A stretch of DNA of 64,000 nucleotides. Source: Dehalococcoidia bacterium (GTDB taxonomy: Bacteria; Chloroflexota; Dehalococcoidia; Lucifugimonadales; UBA3495). This document shows, in pieces, positions 1 to 9,271 of the stretch. The notes below the pieces were generated by a model. It searched no databases and was not told the origin of the DNA. It was given only the letters and a program-made list of their open reading frames with translations. The stretch lies in assembly GCA_965204865.1 (NCBI GenBank), contig OZ242027.1:3011986-3075985 (forward strand), written 5' to 3'. Made by a program: the position numbers and the translations under genes. Each line of letters opens with the position of its first letter. Positions within the stretch are counted from its first letter, which is position 1.

Positions 1-1
1 C

Positions 2-790
2 GAGTACCGCGACGACGACCACGACGACACCGAAAAGACCTTCCTGGGCCACACCGGCAACTTCAACGGCGAGGACATCGTTCGCATCATCAGCGAGCAT
101 CCCGCCTGCGCCGGTTTTATCGCCCGCCACCTCTACAACTTCTTCGTGGCCGACGAAGCGCAGGTCCCCGCCTGGTCGGTGACCCCTCCCAACGACCCGG
201 AGGCCGTCGAGGCCATCGCCAACGCCCTGCGCGAAAACGACTACGACATGAAGGCTGCCCTGCGGCTCATCTTCAACTCCGACTTCTTCAAGAACGCCCG
301 CTTCGCCCGCCTCAAGAACCCCACCGAGGTCGTGGTCGGCACGCTGCGCATGGTGGGCGGCGCCGAGTTCCCGGCCCCCGGCATTGGCGACCTGTCCCGC
401 CAGCCCAGCTACATGGGCCAGGACCTGCTCAACCCGCCCAGCGTGGAAGGCTGGCACACCGGCGCCGAGTGGATTAACAGCGGCTCCCTGATGCGCCGCG
501 TCAACTTCACCGCCGACCTGGTGGGCGACGTTTCCCGCCCCGGCATCCGCTACATGGTTGACCGCCTCCAGGCCCAGGGCGTCCGCACCGCCGCCGAAGC
601 CGTGGACGGCTGCCTCGACCTGATGGGCCCGCTGGAAGTCACCAGCGAGAGCCGCGACGAGCTCATCGGCTTCGTCGGTGAGGGCGGCGAGTTCGCTTGG
701 GGCGCCGAGGGCGAAGTGGCCGATTCCACCCGCCGCGTCTCGGAGCTTTTGCAGCTCATCGTCTCCCTGCGTGAGTACCAGTACGCCTAA
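2..790 (+). CDS. DUF1800-family protein, 5' end outside window
   Basis: Frame is open from nt 2 (EYRDDDHDDTEKTFLGHTGNFNGEDIVRII...) and runs into the listed ORF 146..790, ending at TAA 788-790. The sequence style and the DUF1501 gene immediately downstream match the usual DUF1800/DUF1501 pair. Confidence 0.7.
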   Translation, partial: EYRDDDHDDTEKTFLGHTGNFNGEDIVRIISEHPACAGFIARHLYNFFVADEAQVPAWSVTPPNDPEAVEAIANALRENDYDMKAALRLIFNSDFFKNARFARLKNPTEVVVGTLRMVGGAEFPAPGIGDLSRQPSYMGQDLLNPPSVEGWHTGAEWINSGSLMRRVNFTADLVGDVSRPGIRYMVDRLQAQGVRTAAEAVDGCLDLMGPLEVTSESRDELIGFVGEGGEFAWGAEGEVADSTRRVSELLQLIVSLREYQYA

Positions 791-906
791 CCGAGTTGGA
801 ATGCACGGGCGCGGGATCAGGATCCCGCGCCTGCCTGAACCGGTCAAGCAATCAAGAAGTCGCCCCGCCATTAGTACAAGAGACGGCGGCAGGAGGAAAT
901 ACAAGA

Positions 907-2034
907 ATGACCAGCACCAAGAAAGACCCGGTCCTGGTAGTGTTCCAGCTCACCGGGGGCAACGACTACCTGAACACCGTCATCCCATACAGCAACCCGC
1001 TGTACCGGGACAACCGCCCCGCCGTGGGCATCGCCGAAGAGCGCGTCATCCAGATTGACGACAAGATTGGCTTCCACCCGGAGATGGCCCCGCTGAAGCA
1101 CGTCTACGACCGCGGCGACATGGCCATCGTCCACGGCATCGGCTATGCCAACTCCCCCCGCTCCCACTTCCGCTCCATGGACATCTGGCACACCTGCGAG
1201 CCGGACAAGCTGGGAACCGAGGGCTGGCTGGGCCGCGCCACCCGCGACATAGACCCCAACAAGGAAAACGTCCTGACCACCGTCAGCTTCGGCCCCTCCC
1301 TGTTCCGCGCCCTGGCCCTGCCCGGCGTGCCGGTGGCGGTCGTTGACGACCTGGACAACTACGGCCTGCTGCCCAACATCGCCGGCGAGCAGCGCAACAA
1401 GGTCCTTGACCGCTTCGCCCGGATGTACTCCCCGGCCATCGGCTCCGGCGCAGTCATGGACTACATGGGCCAGACCGGTCTCGACACCCTCGAGGGCGCC
1501 GACATCCTGAAGGAAGCCCCCAGAATTTACTCCTCCGATGTCGAGTACCCGGACACGCCCATCGCCAAGAAGCTGAAGGGCATCGCCCAGGTGCACATGG
1601 CCGATTTCGGCACCCGCGTCTTCTACGTTGACCACGGCAGCTTCGACAGCCACTCCAACCAGACCGGTATGCACGACAAGCTGTGGTTCGACGTTTCCCA
1701 CGCTCTCGACGCCTTCCTGGACGACCTGAAGGAGCACAACGTCGACGACAACGTCGTGGTGCTGATGTTCACCGAGTTCGGCCGCCGCACCCACGACAAC
1801 GGCTCCGGCACCGACCACGGCGCCGGCGGCGCAGCCTTCATGTTCGGCTCCGGCGTCAAGGGCGGCCAGTACAGCGAAATGCCCTCCATGGAAGAGAAGG
1901 ACTTGGAGCAGGGCGACGTCGTCCCCAACTACGACTACCGCGGCCTGTACACCACCGTCCTCGAAGACTGGATGGGCCTGGACGCCAAGCCCCTGGTGGG
2001 CGGAACCTACGAAAAGCTGCCCATCCTGGCCTAA
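907..2034 (+). CDS. DUF1501 (sulfatase-fold) domain protein
   Basis: ATG 907 follows AGGAGG. Motifs seen: VFQLTGGNDYLNT, SPRSHFRSMDIWHT, FGRRTHDNGSGTDHGAGG. The upstream part of the listed ORF 796.. has no SD and looks non-coding. Confidence 0.8.
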   Translation: MTSTKKDPVLVVFQLTGGNDYLNTVIPYSNPLYRDNRPAVGIAEERVIQIDDKIGFHPEMAPLKHVYDRGDMAIVHGIGYANSPRSHFRSMDIWHTCEPDKLGTEGWLGRATRDIDPNKENVLTTVSFGPSLFRALALPGVPVAVVDDLDNYGLLPNIAGEQRNKVLDRFARMYSPAIGSGAVMDYMGQTGLDTLEGADILKEAPRIYSSDVEYPDTPIAKKLKGIAQVHMADFGTRVFYVDHGSFDSHSNQTGMHDKLWFDVSHALDAFLDDLKEHNVDDNVVVLMFTEFGRRTHDNGSGTDHGAGGAAFMFGSGVKGGQYSEMPSMEEKDLEQGDVVPNYDYRGLYTTVLEDWMGLDAKPLVGGTYEKLPILA

Positions 2035-2129
2035 GCGCGCCAATCTTTCGGCAGAATCCAAGTGTAGGGGCGGGTTTTGATACCCGCCCTTACGCCACAC
2101 GCTTCTACCCGTACAAGGGAGGATAATCA

Positions 2130-3194
2130 ATGCTAACGGAAACAGTGGCCGGCCGCACCTTCGATTACAGCCATAACGTGGGCCGCGGCGCGCAGACCGG
2201 CATGGGCTTCAACACCCCGGTGGCCCTGACCATCGGCCCCGACGGAGTGGTCTACGTCGCCAACCGCGGCAGCGAGTCCATCAGCAACGTGGGTTGGAAC
2301 CGCACCGGCGTTGGACAGCGCATCTCCAGGGTCACCCTCGGCGGCACCTGGGGCGAGGAAGAGTACCTGGGCGAGTTCAGCCGCTACGGCAACAACGACG
2401 GGCAGGTAATCTGGCCCGCCGGCATTGTTGCCGACAAGGACGGCAACCTCTATGTTGCCGACGAATGGCTCAACCGCATCTCGGTCTTCGACGCCGACGG
2501 CAACTACCAGCGCCACTTCTCCACCGTACCGGCCGACGACGCCGGGGAGAACGGAAGCTGCGGAATCGCCATCTCCACCGACGGTACTCTGTTCGTAACC
2601 GACGGGCGCAGCCATCAGGTCCGCAAGTTCACCACCGGCGGCGCATTCATCGGTTCCTTCGGCAGCAAGGGCTCCGGCGAGGGCGAGTTCGACTCCCCTT
2701 GGGGAATCACCATAGACAACAATGGCTATGTCTACGTGGCCGACTCCGGCAACCACCGGGTGCAGAAGCTGACCCAGGACGGGCAGTTCGTAGCCCAGTT
2801 CGGTCGCCCCGGCACCAAGCGCGGCGAAATCAACTACCCCTCCGACGTCGCTGTTGACCCCGAGGGCGATGTCTACGTCTGCGACTGGAGCGACAACCGC
2901 TGGGGCAAGGGTAGAGTCCACATCTTCGACGCCGACGGCAAGTTCCTGACCAGCCTGGTCGGCGACGCCCAGCAGCTCTCCGCCTGGGCGCAGATGACGG
3001 TGGACGCCAACGCCGACTACGCCAAGCGCCGCCGCGAGGTGCGCACTACCGAGCCGGAATGGACCTTCGCCCAGCCCACAGCCATCGAATACGACACCGA
3101 GAACAACAGGCTGATAGTGGTGGACACCCAGCGCAGCCGAATCCAGATCTACAACAAGCTCAGCCGCTACCTCATCCCTCAGCTCAACCTCTGA
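2130..3194 (+). CDS. NHL-repeat beta-propeller protein
   Basis: Repeated G.F..P.GI..D..G..YVAD..N.R. units (YVANRGSE, LYVADEWLNRISVF, LFVTDGRSHQVRKF, VYVADSGNHRVQKL, VYVCDWSDNR). SD GGGAGG lies before the ATG. Confidence 0.8.
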   Translation: MLTETVAGRTFDYSHNVGRGAQTGMGFNTPVALTIGPDGVVYVANRGSESISNVGWNRTGVGQRISRVTLGGTWGEEEYLGEFSRYGNNDGQVIWPAGIVADKDGNLYVADEWLNRISVFDADGNYQRHFSTVPADDAGENGSCGIAISTDGTLFVTDGRSHQVRKFTTGGAFIGSFGSKGSGEGEFDSPWGITIDNNGYVYVADSGNHRVQKLTQDGQFVAQFGRPGTKRGEINYPSDVAVDPEGDVYVCDWSDNRWGKGRVHIFDADGKFLTSLVGDAQQLSAWAQMTVDANADYAKRRREVRTTEPEWTFAQPTAIEYDTENNRLIVVDTQRSRIQIYNKLSRYLIPQLNL

Positions 3195-3225
3195 TCCCTT
3201 CCCTGCGAAAGCGCAGAAAAGCGAA

Positions 3226-3262
3226 AGTCCGCCGGGTTAGCTGCTAGGCCGCCCGGCGGACT
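3226..3262. terminator. Bidirectional hairpin between convergent genes
   Basis: Perfect 11-bp stem AGTCCGCCGGG / CCCGGCGGACT, between the NHL gene (+) and doc (-). Confidence 0.6.
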
Positions 3263-3287
3263 CTTGCGTTAATTCCATCCAGCCCTT

Positions 3288-3680
3288 TCACAGGAATCGA
3301 CGGGGCAGCGGGCTGATATGCTCTTCCAGCCAAGGTAGGAGATTGACGAACCGCACGGTTCCCTCATCAAAGAGTTGCATAAAGAACTCGTAAGCCGCGA
3401 AGTCATCACAGTCAATGAAGAATCCGTTCAGGTTCAGAAATATCTCCGTTGCTGCAGTCGCGGTACGCTTGTTGCCGTCTACGAAGGGATGATTGTTGCA
3501 CAGACTCTCCATCAATGCTGCGGCTTCGGCTGCCAAGCTGTCATAGTATCCCATCCTGGGACGCGCAACAGCCGACGCCAACGCGCCCTCGTCCCGTACC
3601 CCAAAGGCGCCGCCAAACTCTCTAACCAGTTCGTCGTGGATGTGAATAACTTGTCCGATGGTGAGAAATTGACGTGTCAT
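3288..3680 (-). CDS. doc: Fic/Doc-family toxin (death-on-curing)
   Basis: Doc-like sequence with the HPFVDGNKRTA Fic motif. Overlaps the upstream antitoxin gene by 4 nt. Confidence 0.85.
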   Translation of the reverse strand: MTRQFLTIGQVIHIHDELVREFGGAFGVRDEGALASAVARPRMGYYDSLAAEAAALMESLCNNHPFVDGNKRTATAATEIFLNLNGFFIDCDDFAAYEFFMQLFDEGTVRFVNLLPWLEEHISPLPRRFL

Positions 3681-3907
3681 TGCGCAAGCAACTCATACAG
3701 GCGCCGATGGCGTTCGATACTGGCCCTGAGATGCGCGGCTACTTCAGGCCTCACTCCTTCGGATTGGTGGAGCCTGATGTAGACGAGTACGGCATCCTCA
3801 AGCACCGCCTGGAGGTCTCGCCCGTCATCGTTGGCGATTTGGCGCAGGCAGGTCAGCAGCGCGGCGTCAGCCTGGATGGTAACCTCTTCCCGATTCACTG
3901 TTGCCAT
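3677..3907 (-). CDS. Antitoxin of the Doc module (RHH/Phd-like)
   Basis: 76 aa, SD GGAGGTG, 4-nt overlap with doc. Position and size are typical of an antitoxin. Confidence 0.7.
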   Translation of the reverse strand: MATVNREEVTIQADAALLTCLRQIANDDGRDLQAVLEDAVLVYIRLHQSEGVRPEVAAHLRASIERHRRLYELLAQ

Positions 3908-3973
3908 TTCCCACCTCCATATAGCATCATCGTATCACATTGTCCTAGACCAACTTCAAGCGGGTAACAGCTT

Positions 3974-4297
3974 ATGGACCCAGACCGCGAGCAACACTTC
4001 CTTCGCATGGCGGCAGAGCAGCCCGACGTCCTCTGCGCCGACGCGCCGGACGAGATCCTCGAAGCCTGCGCCGTCGAGGTGGAGCCGACGGACTTCCTCG
4101 AACAGTATTTCGCCGCCGGGCATTCGGCCTGGCTGGCTCACAAGCATGGGCGGCGCATCAACAAGCCGCAAATCCTCGTTGACCAGGCCATCCTCGTACT
4201 CTACCGCCGCGCCTGCCTGCTCAACACCGCCCGTCTCATGGGACAGACCAGCGAATACGCCAACCAGCCCTTTTTCTCCGACGAAGAACTATATTAG
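3974..4297 (+). CDS. Hypothetical protein (107 aa)
   Basis: ORF with non-repetitive composition. I recognise no family. Confidence 0.4.
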   Translation: MDPDREQHFLRMAAEQPDVLCADAPDEILEACAVEVEPTDFLEQYFAAGHSAWLAHKHGRRINKPQILVDQAILVLYRRACLLNTARLMGQTSEYANQPFFSDEELY

Positions 4298-4313
4298 CGG
4301 GCGGGTGGCCAGT

Positions 4314-4348
4314 CCCCTCTCCCTCCGGGAGAGGGTTAGGGTGAGGGC
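4314..4348. repeat. Hairpin repeat, module B (CCCTCTCCC-loop-GGGAGAGGG-TTAGGGTGAGGGC)
   Basis: The same motif recurs at 12875, 18545, 19681, 21011, 30485, 50719 and 57886, in both orientations and always intergenic. Confidence 0.85.
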
Positions 4349-4418
4349 GTATCATCGAACCGCTCTGCGCCCACATCCCCTTCGTAGTACAATCATCGCA
4401 ATCCAAGTCCCTGGAGGA

Positions 4419-6077
4419 ATGATGCAGGGAAAGACTGCCATCGCCAACATTCTCAAGCAGGAAGGCGTGGAACTGGCCTTCTGCTTCCCCAACAACACGC
4501 TGATTGACGCCATTGCCGCCGCCGGCATCCGCCCGGTCATCGCCCGCATGGAGCGCGGCGCGGTCAACATGGCCGACGCATACAGCCGCATCAACAACGG
4601 CCACAAGACCGGCGTCTGCATCGTGCAGGCTGGCCCCGGCATCGAAAACGCCTTCCCTGGCGTGGCCCAGGCATACGCCGACAGCGTGCCCATCCTGATG
4701 CTCCCGGGACACGAAGGCTCCAGCCGTACCACCATGACCTCCGACTTCTCCGCCACTCGCAACTACGGCGGCGTAACCAAGTGGGCCGGAATGATTAACT
4801 CCCCGGAGCGGGTGCCGCAGATGCTGCGCCGCGCCTTCACCCAGCTCCGCGCCGGCCCTTCCGGTCCGGTAGTGCTGGAAACCCCCACGGACGTGATGAA
4901 CGGCGAGATTGACGAGTCCGACTTCTTCTACACCCCCATCACCAAGCGCCGCACCGCCGCCGACCCGGTGGACGCCGCGAGAGTGGCCCGCCGCCTGATG
5001 GACGCCGCCCGCCCGGTAATCTACGCCGGACAGGGCGTGCTTTACGCCGAGGCCACTCCGGAGCTGGTGGAGCTGTCGGAACTGCTCAACGCCCCGGTAA
5101 TGACCACCACCCTAGGCAAGAGCGGCTTCCCGGAGAACCACCCCCTGTCCCTGGGCACCGGCGGCAACACCGGCACCCGCGCCGTCGGCGAGTTCCTTCG
5201 CAAGTCCGACCTGGTATTCGGCATCGGCACCAGCTTCAACAAGACCCTGGCATCGGCCCCGGTGCCAGTGGGCAAGGCGATCATTCAGTCCACGGTGGAC
5301 GACCGCGACCTGAACGGGGAATACGGCCTCGAAGATATGCTCCTCGGCGACGCCAAGCTGGTGCTGCAACAGCTTATTGACGAGGTCAAGAACGCCCTCG
5401 GCGACAACGGACGGCGTCCTTCGACAGGCTCAGGACAATCGGAGACCGCCGCCGAAATAGCGTCCATCAAGCAGGAGTGGCTGGCCGAGTGGATGCCGCG
5501 CCTCACCTCCAACGACATTCCCATCAGCCCCTACCGCGTAGTCTGGGAACTGAACAACGGGCTGGACAAGGCCAACAGCATAGTCACCCACGACTCCGGC
5601 AACCCCCGCGACCAGATAGTGCCCTTCTACGAAGCCACCACGCCCCGCGGCTATATCGGCTGGGGCAACTCGACCCAGTTGGGCGCGGGCCTCGGCTACG
5701 CCATGGGCGCAAAGCTCGCCGCCCCGGAAAAGACCGTGGTCAACCTGATGGGCGACACCGCCGTAGGAATGTGCGGCACCGACTTCGAGACCGCCAGCCG
5801 CAACAAGATAGGCACCATCACGGTCATCATCAACAACGGCGCAATGGGCGGCTACGAAAAGAACATCCCCATCGCCGTCGAAAAATACGGCTCCAAGTTC
5901 CTCACCGGCGACTACACCAAGATGGCCGACAGCCTCGGCTGCCACGCCGAGACCATCACCCAGCCCGCCGACATCGCCCCGGCCCTCGCCCGCGCCCAAG
6001 ACATCGCCGCAGGCGGCCAGCCGGTGGTGCTGGAAATCATCACGCGGGAAGAGCCAGTGTTCTCGCGGTATTATTAG
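4419..6077 (+). CDS. Thiamine-pyrophosphate-dependent enzyme (acetolactate synthase-like family)
   Basis: ATG 4419 follows GGAGG. N-terminal TPP pyrimidine-binding pattern (GVELAFCFPNN...RMERGAVNMADAY) and C-terminal GDTAVGM...NNGAMG TPP motif. The listed ORF 3831..6077 has a low-complexity upstream extension that is not coding. Confidence 0.85.
   Translation: MMQGKTAIANILKQEGVELAFCFPNNTLIDAIAAAGIRPVIARMERGAVNMADAYSRINNGHKTGVCIVQAGPGIENAFPGVAQAYADSVPILMLPGHEGSSRTTMTSDFSATRNYGGVTKWAGMINSPERVPQMLRRAFTQLRAGPSGPVVLETPTDVMNGEIDESDFFYTPITKRRTAADPVDAARVARRLMDAARPVIYAGQGVLYAEATPELVELSELLNAPVMTTTLGKSGFPENHPLSLGTGGNTGTRAVGEFLRKSDLVFGIGTSFNKTLASAPVPVGKAIIQSTVDDRDLNGEYGLEDMLLGDAKLVLQQLIDEVKNALGDNGRRPSTGSGQSETAAEIASIKQEWLAEWMPRLTSNDIPISPYRVVWELNNGLDKANSIVTHDSGNPRDQIVPFYEATTPRGYIGWGNSTQLGAGLGYAMGAKLAAPEKTVVNLMGDTAVGMCGTDFETASRNKIGTITVIINNGAMGGYEKNIPIAVEKYGSKFLTGDYTKMADSLGCHAETITQPADIAPALARAQDIAAGGQPVVLEIITREEPVFSRYY
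5417..5437. repeat. Module D hairpin repeat core lying inside the TPP-enzyme CDS
   Basis: TCCTTCGACAGGCTCAGGACA matches the intergenic module D copies at 20453, 27271, 42483, 57723, 59055 and 60489. Here it is in frame and encodes PSTGSGQ. Confidence 0.7.
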
Positions 6078-6100
6078 GTCATTCCTTCTTGGAGAATGGC

Positions 6101-6832
6101 ATGGATGATTATGTCATCAGCAACTCCGGGGTTAAGGTGTGGAAAACCCCGGAGTCCCATCCATTGCTAAGACAAACCGACACAACTCATCCGGCGTTCA
6201 AGGACAAACTCGCTGAAATTTATTCAAGGGGGCGAGTGAAGGGGCTTCCAAGAATTTGCAGCGTGAATTCCGAGGATGCGAGAACTTGGCACTATTTCAG
6301 CCCACTATTCTCTGATAACCGGAGAAAAGAGCTGGAATTAACATCTTTGTTGCGTCAAGCATTCCCTGAAACTCTGACAGCCAAAGTGCTAGAAACTGTC
6401 CTGTGCGCCGGGTTTGAGTTTTGGCAAAAGATTAACCCACCACCCAGCCGCCTAATAAAGGAAGGCCCATCTGAGCCAGACCTGCTGATAACCTTGGGGC
6501 AACACGCTATCGCACTTGTTGAAGCGAAATATCTTTCCAACGTCAGTGAGAAAACCACCTACGATAAAACACGAGATCAAGTAATTCGACTACTTGACGT
6601 TGGTTCCTGGTACGCAAAACAAGGCGGATATGATTCCAGCTACGTCATCGTGCTGCAATACGGTGACGCCCAAACCAATGCTGAAGAAATCGTCAGCCGC
6701 TATGCTGGGAAACCGGAGGCTATTCAGCGAGCCTTGCCCTACCGAACTGATTTGACAGAAGCAGACTATCAGCGATTGTCCCGCTCAGTGGCCTTTGTGC
6801 GCTGGTCCAATCCGCTGGATGAAGAACAATGA
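6101..6832 (+). CDS. PD-(D/E)xK nuclease-fold protein, function unknown
   Basis: ATG 6101 follows GGAGA. Motif D127 (EPDLLI)...E141-A-K143 (ALVEAKY), plus an upstream NSEDARTW segment. Clearly more AT-rich than its flanks by eye. Confidence 0.6.
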   Translation: MDDYVISNSGVKVWKTPESHPLLRQTDTTHPAFKDKLAEIYSRGRVKGLPRICSVNSEDARTWHYFSPLFSDNRRKELELTSLLRQAFPETLTAKVLETVLCAGFEFWQKINPPPSRLIKEGPSEPDLLITLGQHAIALVEAKYLSNVSEKTTYDKTRDQVIRLLDVGSWYAKQGGYDSSYVIVLQYGDAQTNAEEIVSRYAGKPEAIQRALPYRTDLTEADYQRLSRSVAFVRWSNPLDEEQ

Positions 6833-7578
6833 CCCGCACCGTAACCGACCCCGCCTCCGCCAACCGGGGCAGCCGCCGATGGCTGCAAGTCCTGGTCAAC
6901 TGCCGCCCCGGGCTGCTGGACGACGCGATTTGCCAGCGGCTGCCAGAGGCGCCCGGCGATATTGACTGGCGCTCGCCGGTGGCCGCCGACCACTATGCAG
7001 AGTACCGGGATCAGTCCTTCCTCGACCGGCTGGCCGGGTCGCCTTACTACCGTCCCCTGTCACAGGCGCAGCATGACCTGTCCGACTTCTGGCCCCGGTT
7101 CGGCCCGCAATGGGACGGCCTTGCCGTTACCGACAGGGGGCAGATTATCCTCGTCGAGGCGAAAGCCCACATCCCTGAGATGGTCACCGCTCCGGGGCAG
7201 GCGCGGGGAGAGACGGCGCGGCAGCGGATTCAGGACAGCCTGCAAACAGTCAAGTCCTTTGTAGAATCCAAGTCACCCGCCGACTGGTCGGCCAGCTTTT
7301 ACCAGTACGCCAACCGCCTGGCCCATCTGTACTGGCTGCGGGAGCTTAACGGCCACGACGCCTATCTGGTCAACCTGTTCTTTCTCAACGACTCCGAAAT
7401 GAACGGCCCCAAGTCCGTTGAAGAATGGCAGGCCGCCATCCGGTTGCAGGAAACGTTTATGGGAGTGCGCCAAGCCGCGCAGACCGGCTACGCGCTGCAC
7501 CCCTGGGTTGGAGCCTACGTCCTAGACGTGTTCATTGACACCAATGACATACCCGTCCGTTATCCGCCGCCAATTTAG
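6829..7578 (+). CDS. Second PD-(D/E)xK nuclease-fold protein, function unknown
   Basis: ATGA overlap with the previous gene. WDGLAVTDRGQIILVEAKAH gives D...E110-A-K112. Confidence 0.6.
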   Translation: MTRTVTDPASANRGSRRWLQVLVNCRPGLLDDAICQRLPEAPGDIDWRSPVAADHYAEYRDQSFLDRLAGSPYYRPLSQAQHDLSDFWPRFGPQWDGLAVTDRGQIILVEAKAHIPEMVTAPGQARGETARQRIQDSLQTVKSFVESKSPADWSASFYQYANRLAHLYWLRELNGHDAYLVNLFFLNDSEMNGPKSVEEWQAAIRLQETFMGVRQAAQTGYALHPWVGAYVLDVFIDTNDIPVRYPPPI

Positions 7579-7598
7579 CCCGCAAAGGAGCTGCCGCC

Positions 7599-8792
7599 AT
7601 GCCAGAGAAGTTCAGCTACGATGGACTGTTCGCCGCCGGAGTGCCCGAAGTAGTGCCCGGCAAGACCCGCCACGCCAGGTACGACTTCGCCGTCGCCTAC
7701 CCTAACCCCGACACCCTGCCGCTGGACGGGCTGGCCGACGCGGTTCGCAGCGTGCTGTCGCGGGAGGGCCGCGACCTAGCCTACTACACTGACCCCGGCG
7801 GATACCTGCCCCTCCGGCAACTGGTGGCGGAGCGCCTGCGCGCCAGCCGCAACATGACCGTAGACCCCGAGGGCCTGGTTCTGACCGGCGGCTCCGGCGA
7901 GGCCATTTCCATGGTCATCCAGGCCCTCACCGACCCCGGCGACACGGTGTTGACCGAGGAGTTCCTGTACCTCGGCACCCTGCGCTCCCTGCGCCGCTAC
8001 AAGGCCAACGTGGTGGGCGTCAAGTGCGACGATGACGGCATCATCCCCGAAGACCTGGACGCCACCATCCAGCGGCTCAAGGGCGAGGGCCGCAAGGTCA
8101 AGTACCTCTACACCATCCCCACCTTCCAGAACCCCCTGGGCTGGACCATGACATTGGAGCGCCGCAAGAAGGTGCTGGAAGTCACCCGCCAGCACGGCGT
8201 CCCGGTGTTCGAGGACGACTGCTACATTGACCTGCGCTTCGAGGGCGAGGACGTCGCTTCCTTCCACTCGCTGGACGACACCGGGCAGGTGATTTACGTC
8301 GGCTCCTTCTCCAAGACCATCGCTCCGGGGATGCGCATGGGCTACCTGGTGGCCCCGCCCGAGGTCATCAGCCGCGCCTGGGCCTTCAAGATGGGCGGCG
8401 CCGTCAACCACTTCGCCGCCCTCACCATCGCCGAGTACATGAACCACGGCGACCTGGAAGGCCACGTGCGCGAGCAGAACGAAACGCTGCGGGCCAAGCG
8501 CGACGCCATGCTGGCCTCGCTGGGCGAAAACTTCGGCGACGCCGCCGCCTGGACCAAGCCCGAGGGCGGCCTCTACGTCTGGCTGACCCTGCCCCAAGGC
8601 GCAGACCTGGAAGCCATCCAAGAGCAGGCGTTCCAGGAAGGCGTCGGCTACTACTCCGGTGTGCCGTTCTCGCCCGAGGGCCGCGGACACAACTCCGCCC
8701 GCCTCTGTTTCGGCTACCCCACGCCGGAGGAAAACTATGAGGGCGTCGCCGAGCTGGCCCGCATCCTGGAACGCCACGGGGTCATGGGCTAG
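7599..8792 (+). CDS. PLP-dependent aminotransferase (class I/II)
   Basis: 397 aa. SFSKTIAPGMRMGY motif with the PLP lysine, and fold-type I architecture. Confidence 0.8.
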   Translation: MPEKFSYDGLFAAGVPEVVPGKTRHARYDFAVAYPNPDTLPLDGLADAVRSVLSREGRDLAYYTDPGGYLPLRQLVAERLRASRNMTVDPEGLVLTGGSGEAISMVIQALTDPGDTVLTEEFLYLGTLRSLRRYKANVVGVKCDDDGIIPEDLDATIQRLKGEGRKVKYLYTIPTFQNPLGWTMTLERRKKVLEVTRQHGVPVFEDDCYIDLRFEGEDVASFHSLDDTGQVIYVGSFSKTIAPGMRMGYLVAPPEVISRAWAFKMGGAVNHFAALTIAEYMNHGDLEGHVREQNETLRAKRDAMLASLGENFGDAAAWTKPEGGLYVWLTLPQGADLEAIQEQAFQEGVGYYSGVPFSPEGRGHNSARLCFGYPTPEENYEGVAELARILERHGVMG

Positions 8793-8798
8793 GGTGGC

Positions 8799-9260
8799 CT
8801 AACCCCGAGGCATCAACTCGATTCCCAGCCCGTTGGGGTCCCTCAAGTAGAGGGAATGGCCCACTTCCTGGTACTTGACCCGGTTGGCATCCAGCCGGGT
8901 CTTCACTTTCTCGAAACTGTCGCGAGGGATGGGCATGGCGATGTGCATCACGTTGCCCACTCCCTCGGGCGCGCGGCGTTGCAGCCGGGGAACGTCGGGG
9001 AAGTCGAAAAACGCCAGGGTCATGCCGTTGCCGATGGCCACGTTCATGTGGGTCGACTCGGCCACGTCCCGGTTGGGCGTCACCCGCGTCACCGGCATTC
9101 CCATCACCTCGCTGTAGAAGCGGGCGGTCTGCTCCAGGTCCTTGGCGAAGACCGCAATGTGGTCGACTCCGCCGGTGGGGGCATCGGCGGCGCCCTCGGC
9201 GGGAATCATCGCCTGCAGCCTTTCGCGCTTGGCCTCGATGTCTTGGGCAGATGCAGTCAT
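8799..9260 (-). CDS. VOC/glyoxalase-family protein
   Basis: VDHIAVFAKDLEQTARFY..., a typical vicinal-oxygen-chelate fold. ATG 9260 has SD GGAGGA. An alternative ATG at 9272 overlaps the upstream stop. Confidence 0.7.
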   Translation of the reverse strand: MTASAQDIEAKRERLQAMIPAEGAADAPTGGVDHIAVFAKDLEQTARFYSEVMGMPVTRVTPNRDVAESTHMNVAIGNGMTLAFFDFPDVPRLQRRAPEGVGNVMHIAMPIPRDSFEKVKTRLDANRVKYQEVGHSLYLRDPNGLGIELMPRG

Positions 9261-9271
9261 GGCGTCCTCCA

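Noticed and set aside
871-2130. Long ORFs antisense to, or out of frame with, recognisable genes. Examples: 871..2130 (-), 11439..12935 (+), 13786..15156 (-), 38613..40085 (+), 45651..46820 (-), 51791..53269 (+), and the 5' two-thirds of 50796..52676 (-).
   Set aside because: Their translations are low-complexity Ala/Gly/Arg/Pro/Val-rich strings, as expected from stop-codon depletion in high-GC DNA. Each overlaps a gene with clear family motifs on the other strand or frame.
3831-4418. The N-terminal 196-aa extension of the listed ORF 3831..6077 as part of the TPP enzyme.
   Set aside because: The extension is Ser/Pro/Arg-rich low complexity. It overlaps the antitoxin gene and the 3974..4297 ORF and runs through a module B repeat. 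A good SD plus ATG at 4419 precedes the conserved N-terminus.
5477-6100. The listed ORF 5477..6832 as one 451-aa protein.
   Set aside because: Its first ~200 codons are an Arg/His/Pro-rich alternate frame of the TPP-enzyme gene. Only the part from ATG 6101 has real protein character.
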